DNA of 64,000 nucleotides from Perkinsela sp. CCAP 1560/9. Its lineage: Eukaryota; Protista; Euglenozoa: Kinetoplastea. Location: the NCBI GenBank assembly GCA_965644495.1, contig CBFFSA010000014.1, forward strand, positions 275,906 through 339,905, written 5' to 3'. A program made the translations under genes and the position numbers. Positions 23,506 through 34,804 of the stretch are shown piece by piece. Numbering within the stretch: position 1 is the stretch's first letter; every line of letters begins with the position of its first letter. The notes under the pieces were generated by a model. It did no database searches. It saw only the letters and a program-made list of their open reading frames with translations, and had not been told where the DNA came from.

Positions 23506-24675
23506 TCACAACCGCATCAACGCCACCGGAATCGCCTCCGGCGCGTACGCACTCCCCCGCGGGATCACCAAATAGTGAGCCCCGGGGGTTACCTCCTCCA
23601 GGGAGCCCACCCGACCTCCCGCCACGGTGTACAGCCCCGTGGGGTAGGGGTGCACCCCGGTCGCGCGACACGCCTTGGCCACCAGCTGCCCCATCGTGCG
23701 CACGTCCTGGAGCAGCACGCGGGTGCCGGTGGCACGACGCCGCAGCCCCGGCCACACGGTGACCCAGAACGTCCCGTCGGCCTGGGTGCCGAATTTCTGG
23801 ACCGGGGCGGCGGTGAACCCGCGGGGGTGACTGAGCGCGTGGAACGTGTGGCGGGGAGGGCGGGGGGGTTGTTGTGGGGAAGGGGAAGATTGTTGTTGGG
23901 AAGGGGAAGTTTGTTGTTGGGAAGGGGAAGTTTGTTGTTGGGAAGTTTGTTGTTGGGATTGGGAAGGTTGTTGTTGTGAAGATTGTTGTTGGGAATGGGA
24001 AGATTGTTTTTGGGAAGATTGTTGTTGGGAATGTTGTTGTTGCTGTTTTTGGTAATGGGAAGACTGTTGTTGGGAGTGGAATGGGGGTGGAGGTGGGAGG
24101 GAATCAGAAGGGGGTGGGAGGGGTTGCTTTGAATGTTGTTGTGGTTGCCATTCCTGTTGTTGTGAAGTTGGCTGTTGGGAAGGGGAAGGGGGAGGGAGGG
24201 AGTGAGAAGGGGATGGGAGGAGATGGGAAATGGGATGTGAAGGAATAAGAGGTTCTGGCTCCGATTCGTGGGGATGGGATATTGTGCTACTATTGCTGTT
24301 ATGTGTGGGGAAGTAGGGTACACCTACGTCGGGGGTGGGATTTTCCGGATCCTGGGTGGAAAAGCAATGGGATAATGGCGCTGTGGTGTGGGAGAAGGGA
24401 GGGGGGTGGGGGGAGTGCTCTTGTGGGGTACATGGTTGGAGAGATTCCCACGCAGCGCTCATGTGGGATCTCCAATGTGCTTGTTGGGTGAGGAATTCTT
24501 GCTTTTGGCGTTCGAGGGTGCGCCGCTCTTCGTCGATTCGCTGTAATCCATCTTGAAGCTTCGCTTCGCGCTCCACGAAATCTTTCTCTACGTCTCGCAT
24601 GGCAGTGCGAAAATGAGAGACATACTCGTCTAAAATGGAATAAAGTTTGTTTTCCACGAATCTCGCTTCAGACAT
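23506..24675 (-). CDS. Coiled-coil + Q/S/P low-complexity + C-terminal doublecortin-like domain protein
   Basis: N-terminal heptads; C-terminal LYTVAGGRVGSLEEV..G..YLVI fits a DCX-like fold. Confidence 0.7.
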   Translation of the reverse strand: MSEARFVENKLYSILDEYVSHFRTAMRDVEKDFVEREAKLQDGLQRIDEERRTLERQKQEFLTQQAHWRSHMSAAWESLQPCTPQEHSPHPPPFSHTTAPLSHCFSTQDPENPTPDVGVPYFPTHNSNSSTISHPHESEPEPLIPSHPISHLLPSPSHSLPPPSPSQQPTSQQQEWQPQQHSKQPLPPPSDSLPPPPPFHSQQQSSHYQKQQQQHSQQQSSQKQSSHSQQQSSQQQPSQSQQQTSQQQTSPSQQQTSPSQQQSSPSPQQPPRPPRHTFHALSHPRGFTAAPVQKFGTQADGTFWVTVWPGLRRRATGTRVLLQDVRTMGQLVAKACRATGVHPYPTGLYTVAGGRVGSLEEVTPGAHYLVIPRGSAYAPEAIPVALMRL

Positions 24676-25572
24676 ACCAGAACAAAAAGCAAAAAAGGTA
24701 CGTTAAAGGTAGAATACTTTTGCCTGCGTTTTGAACGAATTTGCTTAAATAAATTATAGTATGGTGACTTTGCAGAACTTGACGTGTAGTAATAACTCCA
24801 TGCATTTCGGTCAATCCGATTGACATCCGTCATAGTACATACAGGGGTGCGGCTCTCTCAAGGGCTTCCCGTGGCGTACTGAGCGAGATCACATTCCTCC
24901 CCCGCCCATGTCTAAGAGAGTCACCGCATACTTTTTGTGGCGGAAGACGAGCGCACAGGATACTCCGCTGCATGTGGTCTGTGATGGAAACAGACAAAAT
25001 ATTTGTTCGACTCCGAAATCGACAACAATTAGAAGCCGCTATTGAGGGGCTTTCCTTGAATTGAAACAGACCCACTCTGCAACGGTCCAGAAAACGGTGA
25101 AGAGTTTCAGGAAACGTTATGAAATTGTTATTAGTCGGGACGGGGGGCACTGTGGTTACTAATTACATACCTTTTAGTTTGCTGGTGTGTTCGCTGGTTC
25201 GCTGTGTTCGCTGGTTCAGTGAACAAAATAGCGAACACAGCGAACCACTTAACTCGGCTCTTCAGAAGTTGAACTTCAAGATGGTCGAAAGCGTTACAGA
25301 AACTGTATCTCTGGAAGGATTATTCCCTTGCATGCATTAGTTTTCATCACCCAAAAGAATTTTTTTTATTTTTTTTGGCCAGTTAAGTTCATCGAGTCTT
25401 GGCAAAGAAAGAAAGAAACAGCGAAAATTCATCTTAATAAAAAAATCATACAAGCTTTATCAACGATTGCATCGATTTGAGGATCCAAACGTTTAATATT
25501 GCATTGTACGAAAATACATACTGCCATCTTTTCCGGAGACATGCTAGCCTGTCCACTGCAGTACTTACAGTA

Positions 25573-26273
25573 CCGTTAGTACCCCCTGACTTTGCACCCC
25601 CCCTGACTTTGCACATTTTTCTGTTTTTTAAAATTTCCTGATGTGCAAAGTCACGGGGGTATCAAAATTTCCAAAAATGCTGAAAACTTAGATTTGCTAA
25701 TTTTTTGTAAAAGACATGTAAAATATTTAACCAGCCGTACAAATGTAAATTGCATTGTTTACTTTCTGTCATTTTTAACATTTTGATTCCTCTTTCTCAT
25801 TTGGCATTCAATGCCAACTATGTTCGCCAACGATTCTTACCACAGGAACACGTCGTCGTGATTCCGTCAGCTGAAGAAGTCAGTGCATCCTTGGTTCAGG
25901 TTGATACACTACAGCGAGAGAAAGAGGCTGTAAACGAGAAGTGTTGTATGTAATACTTCGCACACTGTAACCTTTAAGAGCTTCAACGATCATGTCAGCC
26001 ACATGATCTGACTTTTTGCTGTCAAGTTTACGCAGTTCGGAATGCACTTTTCCGCTCGATGAGGCTTAGAAGGTATCCGCTGTGTTTGGCGCCTTCGATA
26101 AGATCAGCTTCCCGATCTCCATATCGCTCTCTGTTGTTTATTACCTCAGGGAGTTCGGAAATATCGACACGATTGGGAATACGAAATTCAAGCCACTTTA
26201 CACATCCCCTCACTTTGCACAAAAACCTGATTTTTCGCTGTTTTCGTCGTGCGAAGTCAGGGAGTACTAACGG
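25573..26273. mobile_element. Non-autonomous TA-flanked TIR element carrying an IS30 fragment
   Basis: TA-CCGTTAGTACCCCCTGACTTTGCAC ... GTGCGAAGTCAGGGAGTACTAACGG-TA. Confidence 0.8.
25943..26183 (-). pseudogene. IS30-family transposase fragment (frameshifted)
   Basis: RIPNRVDISELPEVINNRERYGDREADLIEG.KHSGYLLSLIERKS then, in a shifted frame, LRKLDSKKSDHVADMIVEALKGYSVRSITYN; matches IS30 consensus I..RP.....R...GhWEgD.i.G......tlvERKSR...SIT.DNG. Confidence 0.8.
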
Positions 26274-27982
26274 TATGTCCCTTGTTGTACAAGTTTATTA
26301 TTAGTACAAAGATTTTATGATGAGCAATTCTACATCGCTTCGACGAAGTATGGGCCTTGCTAACCGGACTTCCACAAGAATCATCGAAATCTAATACGTT
26401 GCAAGGGCTGATGTCCGTTTACAAACCGATCAAGGTATCGTATGCCACGTGGATAGCACGGATTTGGATAGTCGTCTAATGATTCAAGAGGTGATTCCGT
26501 TCTCCGTCGTGGAACGGACGGACGATGGGACGACCGAGCGGCGTTGGTTTATAGCATGGACAACGGCTGATAATATTTCCTTGTACTTTGTTGACTTGCT
26601 TTCGAAAAGCTTATACATCATTTTCAAAAGGGGGGATGCGTTGACCTGTTCATCGATATTACGCTTTGCAAAAAAGCCTTTAATCCTTTTCGCCACCCAT
26701 TCCCCCTCTGCTCCCCCCTTCTCACCTTCTCACCTTCCCTTCATCCCCTCCGCCACCCCCTTCATCGTCTCACCACCCTGTCTCCCCTACTTCGCTGCCG
26801 AATTCTTTGCCCCCCTTTCGCCCCCTCCTCGTTCGCTCATCTTCGCCGCACGTTTTGCCGCCCCCTTCACCCCCAGCGCCGCCCTCCTCGCCCCTCCCCC
26901 CTTGCGTGGCCCTCTTCTCCCCCTTCACCCCCTAGAGACGTCCCCTTCGCTCTACTGCGCCGCCCTCCTTGCCACCCTCTTCGTCGGACAGTCCGAAAAA
27001 TCAGCACCCGGCGGCAACAAAGCAAGACGCAACATGCCTAGGGTGCATGAAATCCTTTGGAGAGGATATACCCAGCACCAAGAAAGCAAGGTGCCAAACA
27101 ACTAGGGTTGCGCTCCTTCCCACCTTCTTTGAAGGCGCGCGCAGGACTGTTGGCCCCTCTCGTAGGGATCGCAGGTCAGTGTATTGCTTAGCCTCACTGC
27201 GTCTCCGACTCTCGTCCTCGGTGAAGTGCCAGCCGTGGCTTGCTACGGGTGGCTTGCTCGCCGGTCCGCAAGGACCGGTCGTATGCATCGGAGCAACATC
27301 CGAGCCGTCGGGCCCCTCAAGTGGACGGCAGAGGGCCCATTGCCTGTCAAGGCCAAAAGGGTGCAACAAACAACAACACTTTATGGCCCATTACGAAAAG
27401 TACTGAATCACACTCTGTGACTGTCAAACCCAAAGGTCTCACCAAAAGGCTGTAGTAGGATTAAACAGTTTTTGCGGCCTTATGGACGTCGTCATCAAAT
27501 TCTTCAAGACGCAAGTCCAGACCGATACCCCGAAATTCACCTTTCCGAACTGAAGTTTTCGCTCCACTGGAACCCATGCAGACCGCCACTGCCAGCCAGT
27601 GCCAAATGCTACCAGCCACTGCGAGCCAAAAACGTCCTCTCAGAGCCTTTCTCCCTGAAGCCAAACCATCTTGTTACCCGAACATGTAAGTCCTTCATGT
27701 CTTGAAGGTACGCTTCAAGGCAATAATAAACAAATGTAAACTTTTGCCAGTTTTTGTATCTCTTTCCACCGAAAATACAAACCGCGGTCTCGGTGCGGTC
27801 TCGGTCGGAGTACCCGCAGCCCCTCAACTACCGCGTTTAACGAAGACCCTAAAAAAGAAATTTAATTTCTATATGTCATGTTTCTCAAATTTGTACCATA
27901 CGCTGACATACTGCCGTACGCTGCCAAACGCTGCCAGCCACTGCGAGCCAAAACTGCATGGGTTCCACTATATAAAGTATTA

Positions 27983-28297
27983 CCGTATACCCCCCAGTAA
28001 GAAAATGGGTTTTGGGTCGAAATGGACAAATCTCTCTTACTGGGGGGGTATGCTTTTTTGGCCAGTTTCCTCCTTTCTCTCAACTTTGACTATTTTTTTG
28101 TATTTTTTCTTCGGAAAACGTGTTAAAACGCTTATTTGGGTTACCCGAGGCCCCCAACATGCAGACACCCACCCCCTACCCCCTATACCCCTCCTGTGGG
28201 GCCACCGAGCCAAATCTCTCTTACTGGGGGGGGGTTATCTTACTAGGGGGGGTATCTTACTGGGGGGGGGGGTTATCTTACTGGGGGGGGTATACGG
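27983..28297. mobile_element. MITE (CCGTATACCCCCCAGTAA TIR, TA TSD)
   Basis: TIRs with flanking TA; related copy 41660-41954 and a single end at ~19309. Confidence 0.85.
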
Positions 28298-28832
28298 TAG
28301 TATGAAAATATTAGTCAAATGCTTACGAAGTAGAAAAAGGTTCGTAGTGCTCCAACTCTCTAGTGCCGACTTCGCAACTTGGTTGAGAAAATGGTCGATG
28401 CATGACACCAGCGCCAAGTACAAGGTGCGTTGACGTCTCCCTGTAGTTGAGCAATTGATCCCTGAACAGCATTCCTCATTGATGAGAAATCGCTCTTACC
28501 CGAAGTGCCCAATCGTCGATGCAATTCGCCAAGTTCGTTCTCAGTCTCCTGCCGGACCACATGATTGATGGCAACCCCATCTACTATGAGGTAGGTCCAT
28601 TTTCGCAGACGTTGCGCCCCTCAACGGCGGCGAAGATCATCAACAATTTTTGCAGCGATCTGGGCACATATTCTTCATGATACACAGGAAAAAAATAGGA
28701 AAAAAAATATAGTTGAATATTGCTTTGTAACGTCGAGAAGAAATTTTTTACTGTGTAGTACTGTTTAGCACAAAAAGTGGTTCGCTTGGTTCGCTGGTGG
28801 TTCAGTGGGTTCGCTGAACCAATGGCTATGTA

Positions 28833-28991
28833 CTGTCCCCCCCGTTTAAGGGCACCTCGTTTTCCGTGAAAAGTGAGCTTAAACGCGGGGGTCTGAATCA
28901 GTACCTAAAAAAATCGCCGGAAACTCCACCTCAACTTTATGTGCGCTTAAACGGGGGTCTGACCGGGTGCGCTTAAGGGGAGGGGGGACAG
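28833..28991. mobile_element. MITE (CTGTCCCCCC..TTAAG.GCACC TIR, TA TSD)
   Basis: Imperfect TIRs flanked by TA. Confidence 0.7.
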
Positions 28992-29267
28992 TAATTATCT
29001 TTTTCAATCCAAATTACAGAAAGTATTAACTGCTCAAAAGTATTGCAATGTGTGTTTTTGTCCTTTCTATAAAAAGTGGGCACCGCCCCCCCCATCCCCC
29101 GGAAACTACCTATCCTAAAACATACAACTCTGTGAGAGCTATTCAATGCGCTATTCTTTTCCAAACTTGGACAACTTTTACGATTTTTAGATCCCCCACC
29201 TTTAGCTTCGCATCCATGTGTAGTATGATGGAAGTGTAATGGTGCTTCAGTTCAAATGGAATTCTAA

Positions 29268-29870
29268 CTAATCGTCCCCCTTTTCCTTGACAGAATTCTC
29301 AGAAACTTGCACTTCCTCGTCTAAGAGCAGCCATACAGCTTTTAGGGCCGGTGCTTTTTTGATAATTCCAATTTCATTTTTATATCTCATGCCACTAAAA
29401 TTTCGCACGAATATGTGTTTAATATCTGTGATTCCGTACAGATTCTTTAGATAGCTTCGTATTTCGGGTCGCGACGCCTCAGGGGTAAATAGGAACATAG
29501 GCATTTTAGTTTCCTGGTTTAGTACGGAATCAAGAACCATGGTACATTCCACATCGGGAAAATGATGAAACATATATTCGTCATAATTCGCCCACGACTT
29601 ACGAATGCCTTGAGGTACAGGCTTGGGTCCTTGGGCCAGGCGCCGTGTTATGTATCCATGTACTCCGGGAATGGGATTCGTGATAATTTGGCGCTGAGTA
29701 TAATCTTTGTTCTCGGGAGGTTCTGGAAAAGGGTTGGGATCCGGGGGCCTTGTTCGCTGGAATCGATAAATATGACTCTCATTTCGATACACATTCGATT
29801 TATTGTAGCGATTTTGCAGATACCCATTCACTGGTAAATAAAATCGGCACGCTACAGACGTAGGACGCAT
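29268..29870 (-). CDS. MRPL23: Mitochondrial ribosomal protein uL23m
   Basis: FLFTPEASRPEIRSYLKNLYG...VRNFSGMRYKN...KAVWLLL L23 pattern, basic N-terminus. Confidence 0.8.
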   Translation of the reverse strand: MRPTSVACRFYLPVNGYLQNRYNKSNVYRNESHIYRFQRTRPPDPNPFPEPPENKDYTQRQIITNPIPGVHGYITRRLAQGPKPVPQGIRKSWANYDEYMFHHFPDVECTMVLDSVLNQETKMPMFLFTPEASRPEIRSYLKNLYGITDIKHIFVRNFSGMRYKNEIGIIKKAPALKAVWLLLDEEVQVSENSVKEKGDD

Positions 29871-30279
29871 TAAGTGTGTAAATTTTACATTAAAAAAACA
29901 TAGGTTACTCTAGGCGCTCTATTTCAGCCCACTCTATTTCAGCCCTCTTAATGTGGCTAATATCCCAGAGAAAGAGGAGAACTGGTTTTCAATGTCATTG
30001 TCCAAAACATCAAATTGATATTCTATTTTCTTGTACAACCATTCTGTTTGAATTTGATCGTGAACGACGCTAGCAAACATTTAAAGCGCACCACGCTTTT
30101 ATCAAAGACCATCTCAATCTTAGCTGTAGATGTGCTCAATCTTAGTTGTAGATGAAGTAACTGTTGCAATAGTAGACGTCAATAGTTGACGTCTGTAAAT
30201 CGCCATAATCCATGAAGTTTATAAATTCCAATTGAACCAATGTATCGTAAATTGACTTTGACATTCAAAGCAATGTATT

Positions 30280-30480
30280 TTACGCAAAAGGCGATCTTGT
30301 TCGCATGTTGTGAAAGATCTGAAGCACTGCCGACCCTAGAACAACAAATAGAAGCACGGCTAGCACCGCTGGGCCAACGGCGTTCTTCTTGGTTATACCA
30401 GCTTCTTTTTTGGATTGAGTACGTCCGATGTGACCATGATGCTGCGCCGCTCGTCTTCTAAGCACTACAGGCTGGCCCAT
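30280..30480 (-). CDS. SERP1: RAMP4/SERP1 ribosome-associated ER membrane protein
   Basis: 66 aa, basic N-terminus then VGP..LAVLLFVVLGSAVLQI. Confidence 0.85.
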   Translation of the reverse strand: MGQPVVLRRRAAQHHGHIGRTQSKKEAGITKKNAVGPAVLAVLLFVVLGSAVLQIFHNMRTRSPFA

Positions 30481-31069
30481 AAACTTTAACTGTAACTAAA
30501 GATTTTTAAAAATCTACTCGAGATAATTAGTAGTGATGTTTGCGCTCTTTCAATAAAGAAATATAGTTAAGAATAGGAAACATATTTTCTTGTATCATGA
30601 GGTGCGTGACCCTTTTTTCTTTAAGACATACAATATTTAAAACGATTAATAGATTAAAAGAAGATAAATGGAAATACAATGTAATTTAAGCCCTATTGCC
30701 GCCTGCCCTCCACTGCAAATACTTCTATCTTTTGTTAGCTAATATACATAATTCTATTATCCTTAATATTTTAAGTATTTTGATGTTTTCTAAAATAATT
30801 AACATTTTTTCAACATCATAAAATAATAAAAATACGAATCTATCGATCAATTATCGCCCGTTGATTGCTTATTAGACATCTTCCTTCTTTGCACAGAATA
30901 CGAAAAGGTAATTTAGATATACATGTGAAATTTTGGGAGTCTTTATTTAATATTTAAAAATATTTTACTGAATTACGTGTAATATTTACCCCCAAAGAAA
31001 ATTTATCACCCAAAGAAACAAAAAACCTCAAAATAATAATTCTTAATCCAAATTACATACCGCAATTTA

Positions 31070-31681
31070 TTAATTATCCTTCACGCATTCTATCTGCGTA
31101 TCAACGAGACACACCTCACACGGATTCCCATCCACAACAGGTAACAATGATGAGCGACTCACTCCTTGCAACTTCACATTTTTTCCGAGGTTCAACTCGG
31201 ACAGATTCGTTGGCAGCTTATCCATGTTGGTGAAGCCCTCCAGATCATTGTCATCGACCTCAAAGCACTCCATAGTATCGGGCAATCCCTCCAAGTCGAG
31301 CTCACCTGTAAATTTATTTGAGGACAAGGTAACCTCCGTCATTGCACGAGGTAAATCTTTGACTGCAATGCCTCCAGACAATTCATTTCCTGGGAAGCGC
31401 AAGTTTATTATCGTATCGGGCAAGTGTGCCCAGGATAGTTCACCGCGGAGGGGTTCGTTGAGTGCGTGCCACCCTACATATTCGAATTCTGTTGGATTCT
31501 TTTCCTCGTCGCAAGTCACACCATACCATTCACAAAGAGGTGTAGTTGCATTCCACGTGGGATGTGGATTCTCAATGTCTTTTATAAACAAGGCTAATCC
31601 GTATTCTTGAGGTAGTGCCGCTTTCACTTTGCCGAGCCGCGTGGATTCCGATTCAGCGTCCGCTGTGTGGAGAGAAAGCAT
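31070..31681 (-). CDS. LRR protein (same family)
   Basis: TAD...TRLGKVKAALPQEYGLALFI motif, W....PLCEWYGVTCD cap, LRRs. Confidence 0.88.
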   Translation of the reverse strand: MLSLHTADAESESTRLGKVKAALPQEYGLALFIKDIENPHPTWNATTPLCEWYGVTCDEEKNPTEFEYVGWHALNEPLRGELSWAHLPDTIINLRFPGNELSGGIAVKDLPRAMTEVTLSSNKFTGELDLEGLPDTMECFEVDDNDLEGFTNMDKLPTNLSELNLGKNVKLQGVSRSSLLPVVDGNPCEVCLVDTQIECVKDN

Positions 31682-33550
31682 TTTTTGAAAAGTAATATTT
31701 TAAATATTATTTTTCAAAAAAATGCCTTCGTATACATATACATGTCGTACGACGTTCGTCTGTCAACATCTCATGTTGACAGATGTTGTACATGTGACTG
31801 AATAGATGTATGACATACATCTATTCAGTCACATGTACATCTCCGTTCGTCAGAACGAAACGTATGACGTTTCGTATGACATGTACATCTGTTCTATACA
31901 TGAGTCCAAATAATTTTGACTATTTTGTGGCTGCCTTTCGTAGATATACACGAGTGCAAACAGTACACAATACAGTAGAAACGTCGTAAACAATCCGATA
32001 CGTACTCTATCCAGTATACAATTATCCAGTACGTGCAGTACAACAAAGAACTGCAACAAGAAATTAGGATGCAAATCTCACTTTCGCCATTTTTATCATT
32101 CTTGGGAAGAACGGGCTGTTGAAAACATGAAAGGTTTGGTCCTGCAGTACCACAACAAGTCAGATACTACACGACGAAGTTAGTGAAATGGCCATCAAAC
32201 TGAACAAACGGCCACTAAGGTGTTTAAAATAAGTTTCACCAAAGAGCTTGGAAGACAAAATTTTACTATAAAGAGATGCAACATAAAAGCAACGAAGTTG
32301 TAAAGCAGTAAAGGCAAAACAATTGAGTTGTAAGATTGAGTCCCAAGTTTGAATGAACACAGGAAAGACTCGATTATTATTAGGTTTCCAGCACGAGCTG
32401 AATAGTGATATTTTTCCCAACTCATGGATTCTTGCGGTGCTCCTTTTTAATAATCATTTCTTTTTAGTGAAACTCTGAAACTATCTACAAGTATTTAAAA
32501 TTTTTGGTAGGTACGAGGATCTCCAATTGCTCGTCACGATTTTCTGCACTGCCTTCTAAAACTATTCTGTCTTCTTATTGCCCAGCGAACAGAAGATGTT
32601 CGATGCGCTTCAGTCATGCAGCAGGAATCTATGCTAAATGAATGTGGAATGCACGTAGTGAATAGCTTATATTCACTCTTGTTCTCCACTCTTGTTCCAC
32701 ATTTAGTCGGGTCGATAATTTTCTGACGCGAAAGAATCTTTCGAAGTCATGGTCGACGTGTGGACGAAGAATTTCTTCCTAAAAAACGAAGTGTTAACGC
32801 AGAAACCTAGGAGAGCTTCATGAAACTGATTCAGATTGTGATTATCCTCTAGATCTTTAGAGATATAGTAGAGGTACCGTACAACATAAAAAGTGTTCTG
32901 GTCCGTTCCTTATTGAGCCAACAGTGATCGCCTAGTGCTCCTCCCTATCATCCGAATTCTACCAAAAACACTCATAGAATGTTAAAATTAAAGGGCATCG
33001 TGTAAAAGGGTGTCCCTAGGGACAATACTGTAACCCGGACGGTCTGAATCACGACTAGATCTAATCATGAATAGACAGAGAAAGGAGATACAGAGGACAA
33101 AAAAAATAAGATGACAAAAAATGAAGATGATATAAAAAATACCTTCGTCCTGCACTTTCATCCAACACTTTTAACTCGTACATTCAATAAGCCAATTTTT
33201 TCAGTTTGTGCGTAAGTGGCGCAAAGGTCCCACATTAAACATATCAAACGGAGAGTACGATTAACCACTCGCATTAGGCGATCATCTCAATCATGCATGT
33301 CGTCAACTGACTATAATTTTCGTATTTCGAGTATCCACAGAAAGTATATGTAAAGTCTGAGGCATAAGACTTTTCTTCAGCTCACCTCGGAGATTTTCAT
33401 TATGATCCAACATCAGACTTCGCAAACCTGAAGGTAATGTGTCCAACTGTACCCAGCCTTCAAATTGATTTTTATGAAGCATCAGATTATAGAGAGTTGG
33501 TGGGAGACCACGTAGATCCGGAGTTCCCGCAAAGGCATTGCAGCCGATGG

Positions 33551-34163
33551 TTATGATCATACGCTCGTGGCGCAGAGATACGTCTCTCTGTGTGACGGCC
33601 GATACCATCGGCGCATGACCCGCATACGACGGGTGTCACACAGAGAGTGGAGTGCGAGGTAGGAGACGAGACGCCCATCGGTCATGCTACAGCACGTATA
33701 GCCATGGTTCATGCTGCAACACGGTCAAGCCGTGGGTTCATGCTGTCAGATGGTCTATCGTGGATCATGATGCATCATGGGGAGGTCCGTTACCGCCGCA
33801 CTCGCTACAGCATGTAGGGAGAGAGGCGTGCAAGTTCGCATCCCCTATACACGCATACAACGTGTCCTCCCGCTGTAGCACGCCCAGTGGTCCTCAAGGG
33901 AGGCCACCATGGCGCATAGCTCCCGGGAGAAGAAAGCACGAGAAGGAGAGAGCCGGGGAGGGAAGAAAGCTCACTCGAAGAGAGCGAGCCGGGGAGGGGT
34001 GAAGAGTGCGAAGTGCGTCCCCTACTTCCGCGACAAAGAGGGACAGTTTCAGCTAGCCGTCAGCCGGAAACGGGCATTTAAAAGTAAGAATACGCCCGTT
34101 TCCGGGAAAAGAAAGGAAGGGCTAGCAAAATGTACCAACAAGGTACAGAAACTGTATCTTTAT
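33551..34163 (-). mobile_element. SL-RNA-headed non-coding element, copy 1 (613 bp)
   Basis: Starts ATAAAGATACAGTTTCTGTACCTTGTTG|GTACA; ends in stem-loop + ATAA; absent from the intact paralog. Confidence 0.85.
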
Positions 34164-34230
34164 GCGAGCGTCACGAGCTCTGGAGGAAGATGACTTAAAT
34201 CAGCGATTCCCGATAGTTTATTCGCCGTTA

Positions 34231-34804
34231 TTTTTTGTTTATCATGCGCTCTTTGGCGCAGAGATAATCCCCTTAATGCGACGGCCGATGTCATCGGCAC
34301 ATAATCCGCCCACAACGGATGTCGCCAAAGGGGATTCGACGCGGACTCTGTCGGTAGAGAGGTCCAGACAACTCGCCTCTCTTTACGCAGCCGGAGGGGC
34401 GTACTGCAACCGACTCGGTCCCAGTCGGTAGAGGTGGTCCAGGCAACTCACCATCTCTTTACGCAGCCGGAGGGGCGCACTGCAACCGACCGCTGCCTCG
34501 CGATAATGCAAGGCAGAGTCACGCCCGGTGGTCCTCAAGGGAGGCCACCATGGCGCATAGCTCCCGGGAAGAGACAGGCGCGAGAAGAAGAAAGCCGGGG
34601 AGGGAAGAAAACTCACTCAAGGAGTGAGCCGGGGAGGGGTGAAAAGTCGGAAGTACGTCCCCTACTTCCACGACAAAGAGGGACAGTTTCCGCTAGCCGT
34701 CAGCCGGAAACGGGCATTTAAAAGGAAAATGTATGCCCGTTTCCGGGAAAAGAAAGGAAGGGCTAGCAAAATGTACCAACAAGGTACAGAAACTGTATCT
34801 TTAT
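34231..34804 (-). mobile_element. SL-RNA-headed non-coding element, copy 2 (574 bp)
   Basis: Same 28-nt head, ends ...GATAAACAAAAAA, flanked by a 5-bp direct repeat (CGTTA 34226-34230 and 34805-34809); internal ~73-bp tandem duplication 34352-34490. Confidence 0.85.

Noticed and set aside
32080-32460. Sixth, highly decayed LRR gene
   Set aside because: Only a faint KLFGETYFKHL resemblance; not supportable
33584-33647. Hammerhead ribozyme in the three-way junction
   Set aside because: No CUGANGA/GAAA core on either strand
33551-34804. SL-headed inserts as spliceable introns or introners
   Set aside because: Donor GT lies 28 nt inside the insert, the 3' ends lack AG, and removal of copy 2 leaves a 4-nt deficit versus the paralog
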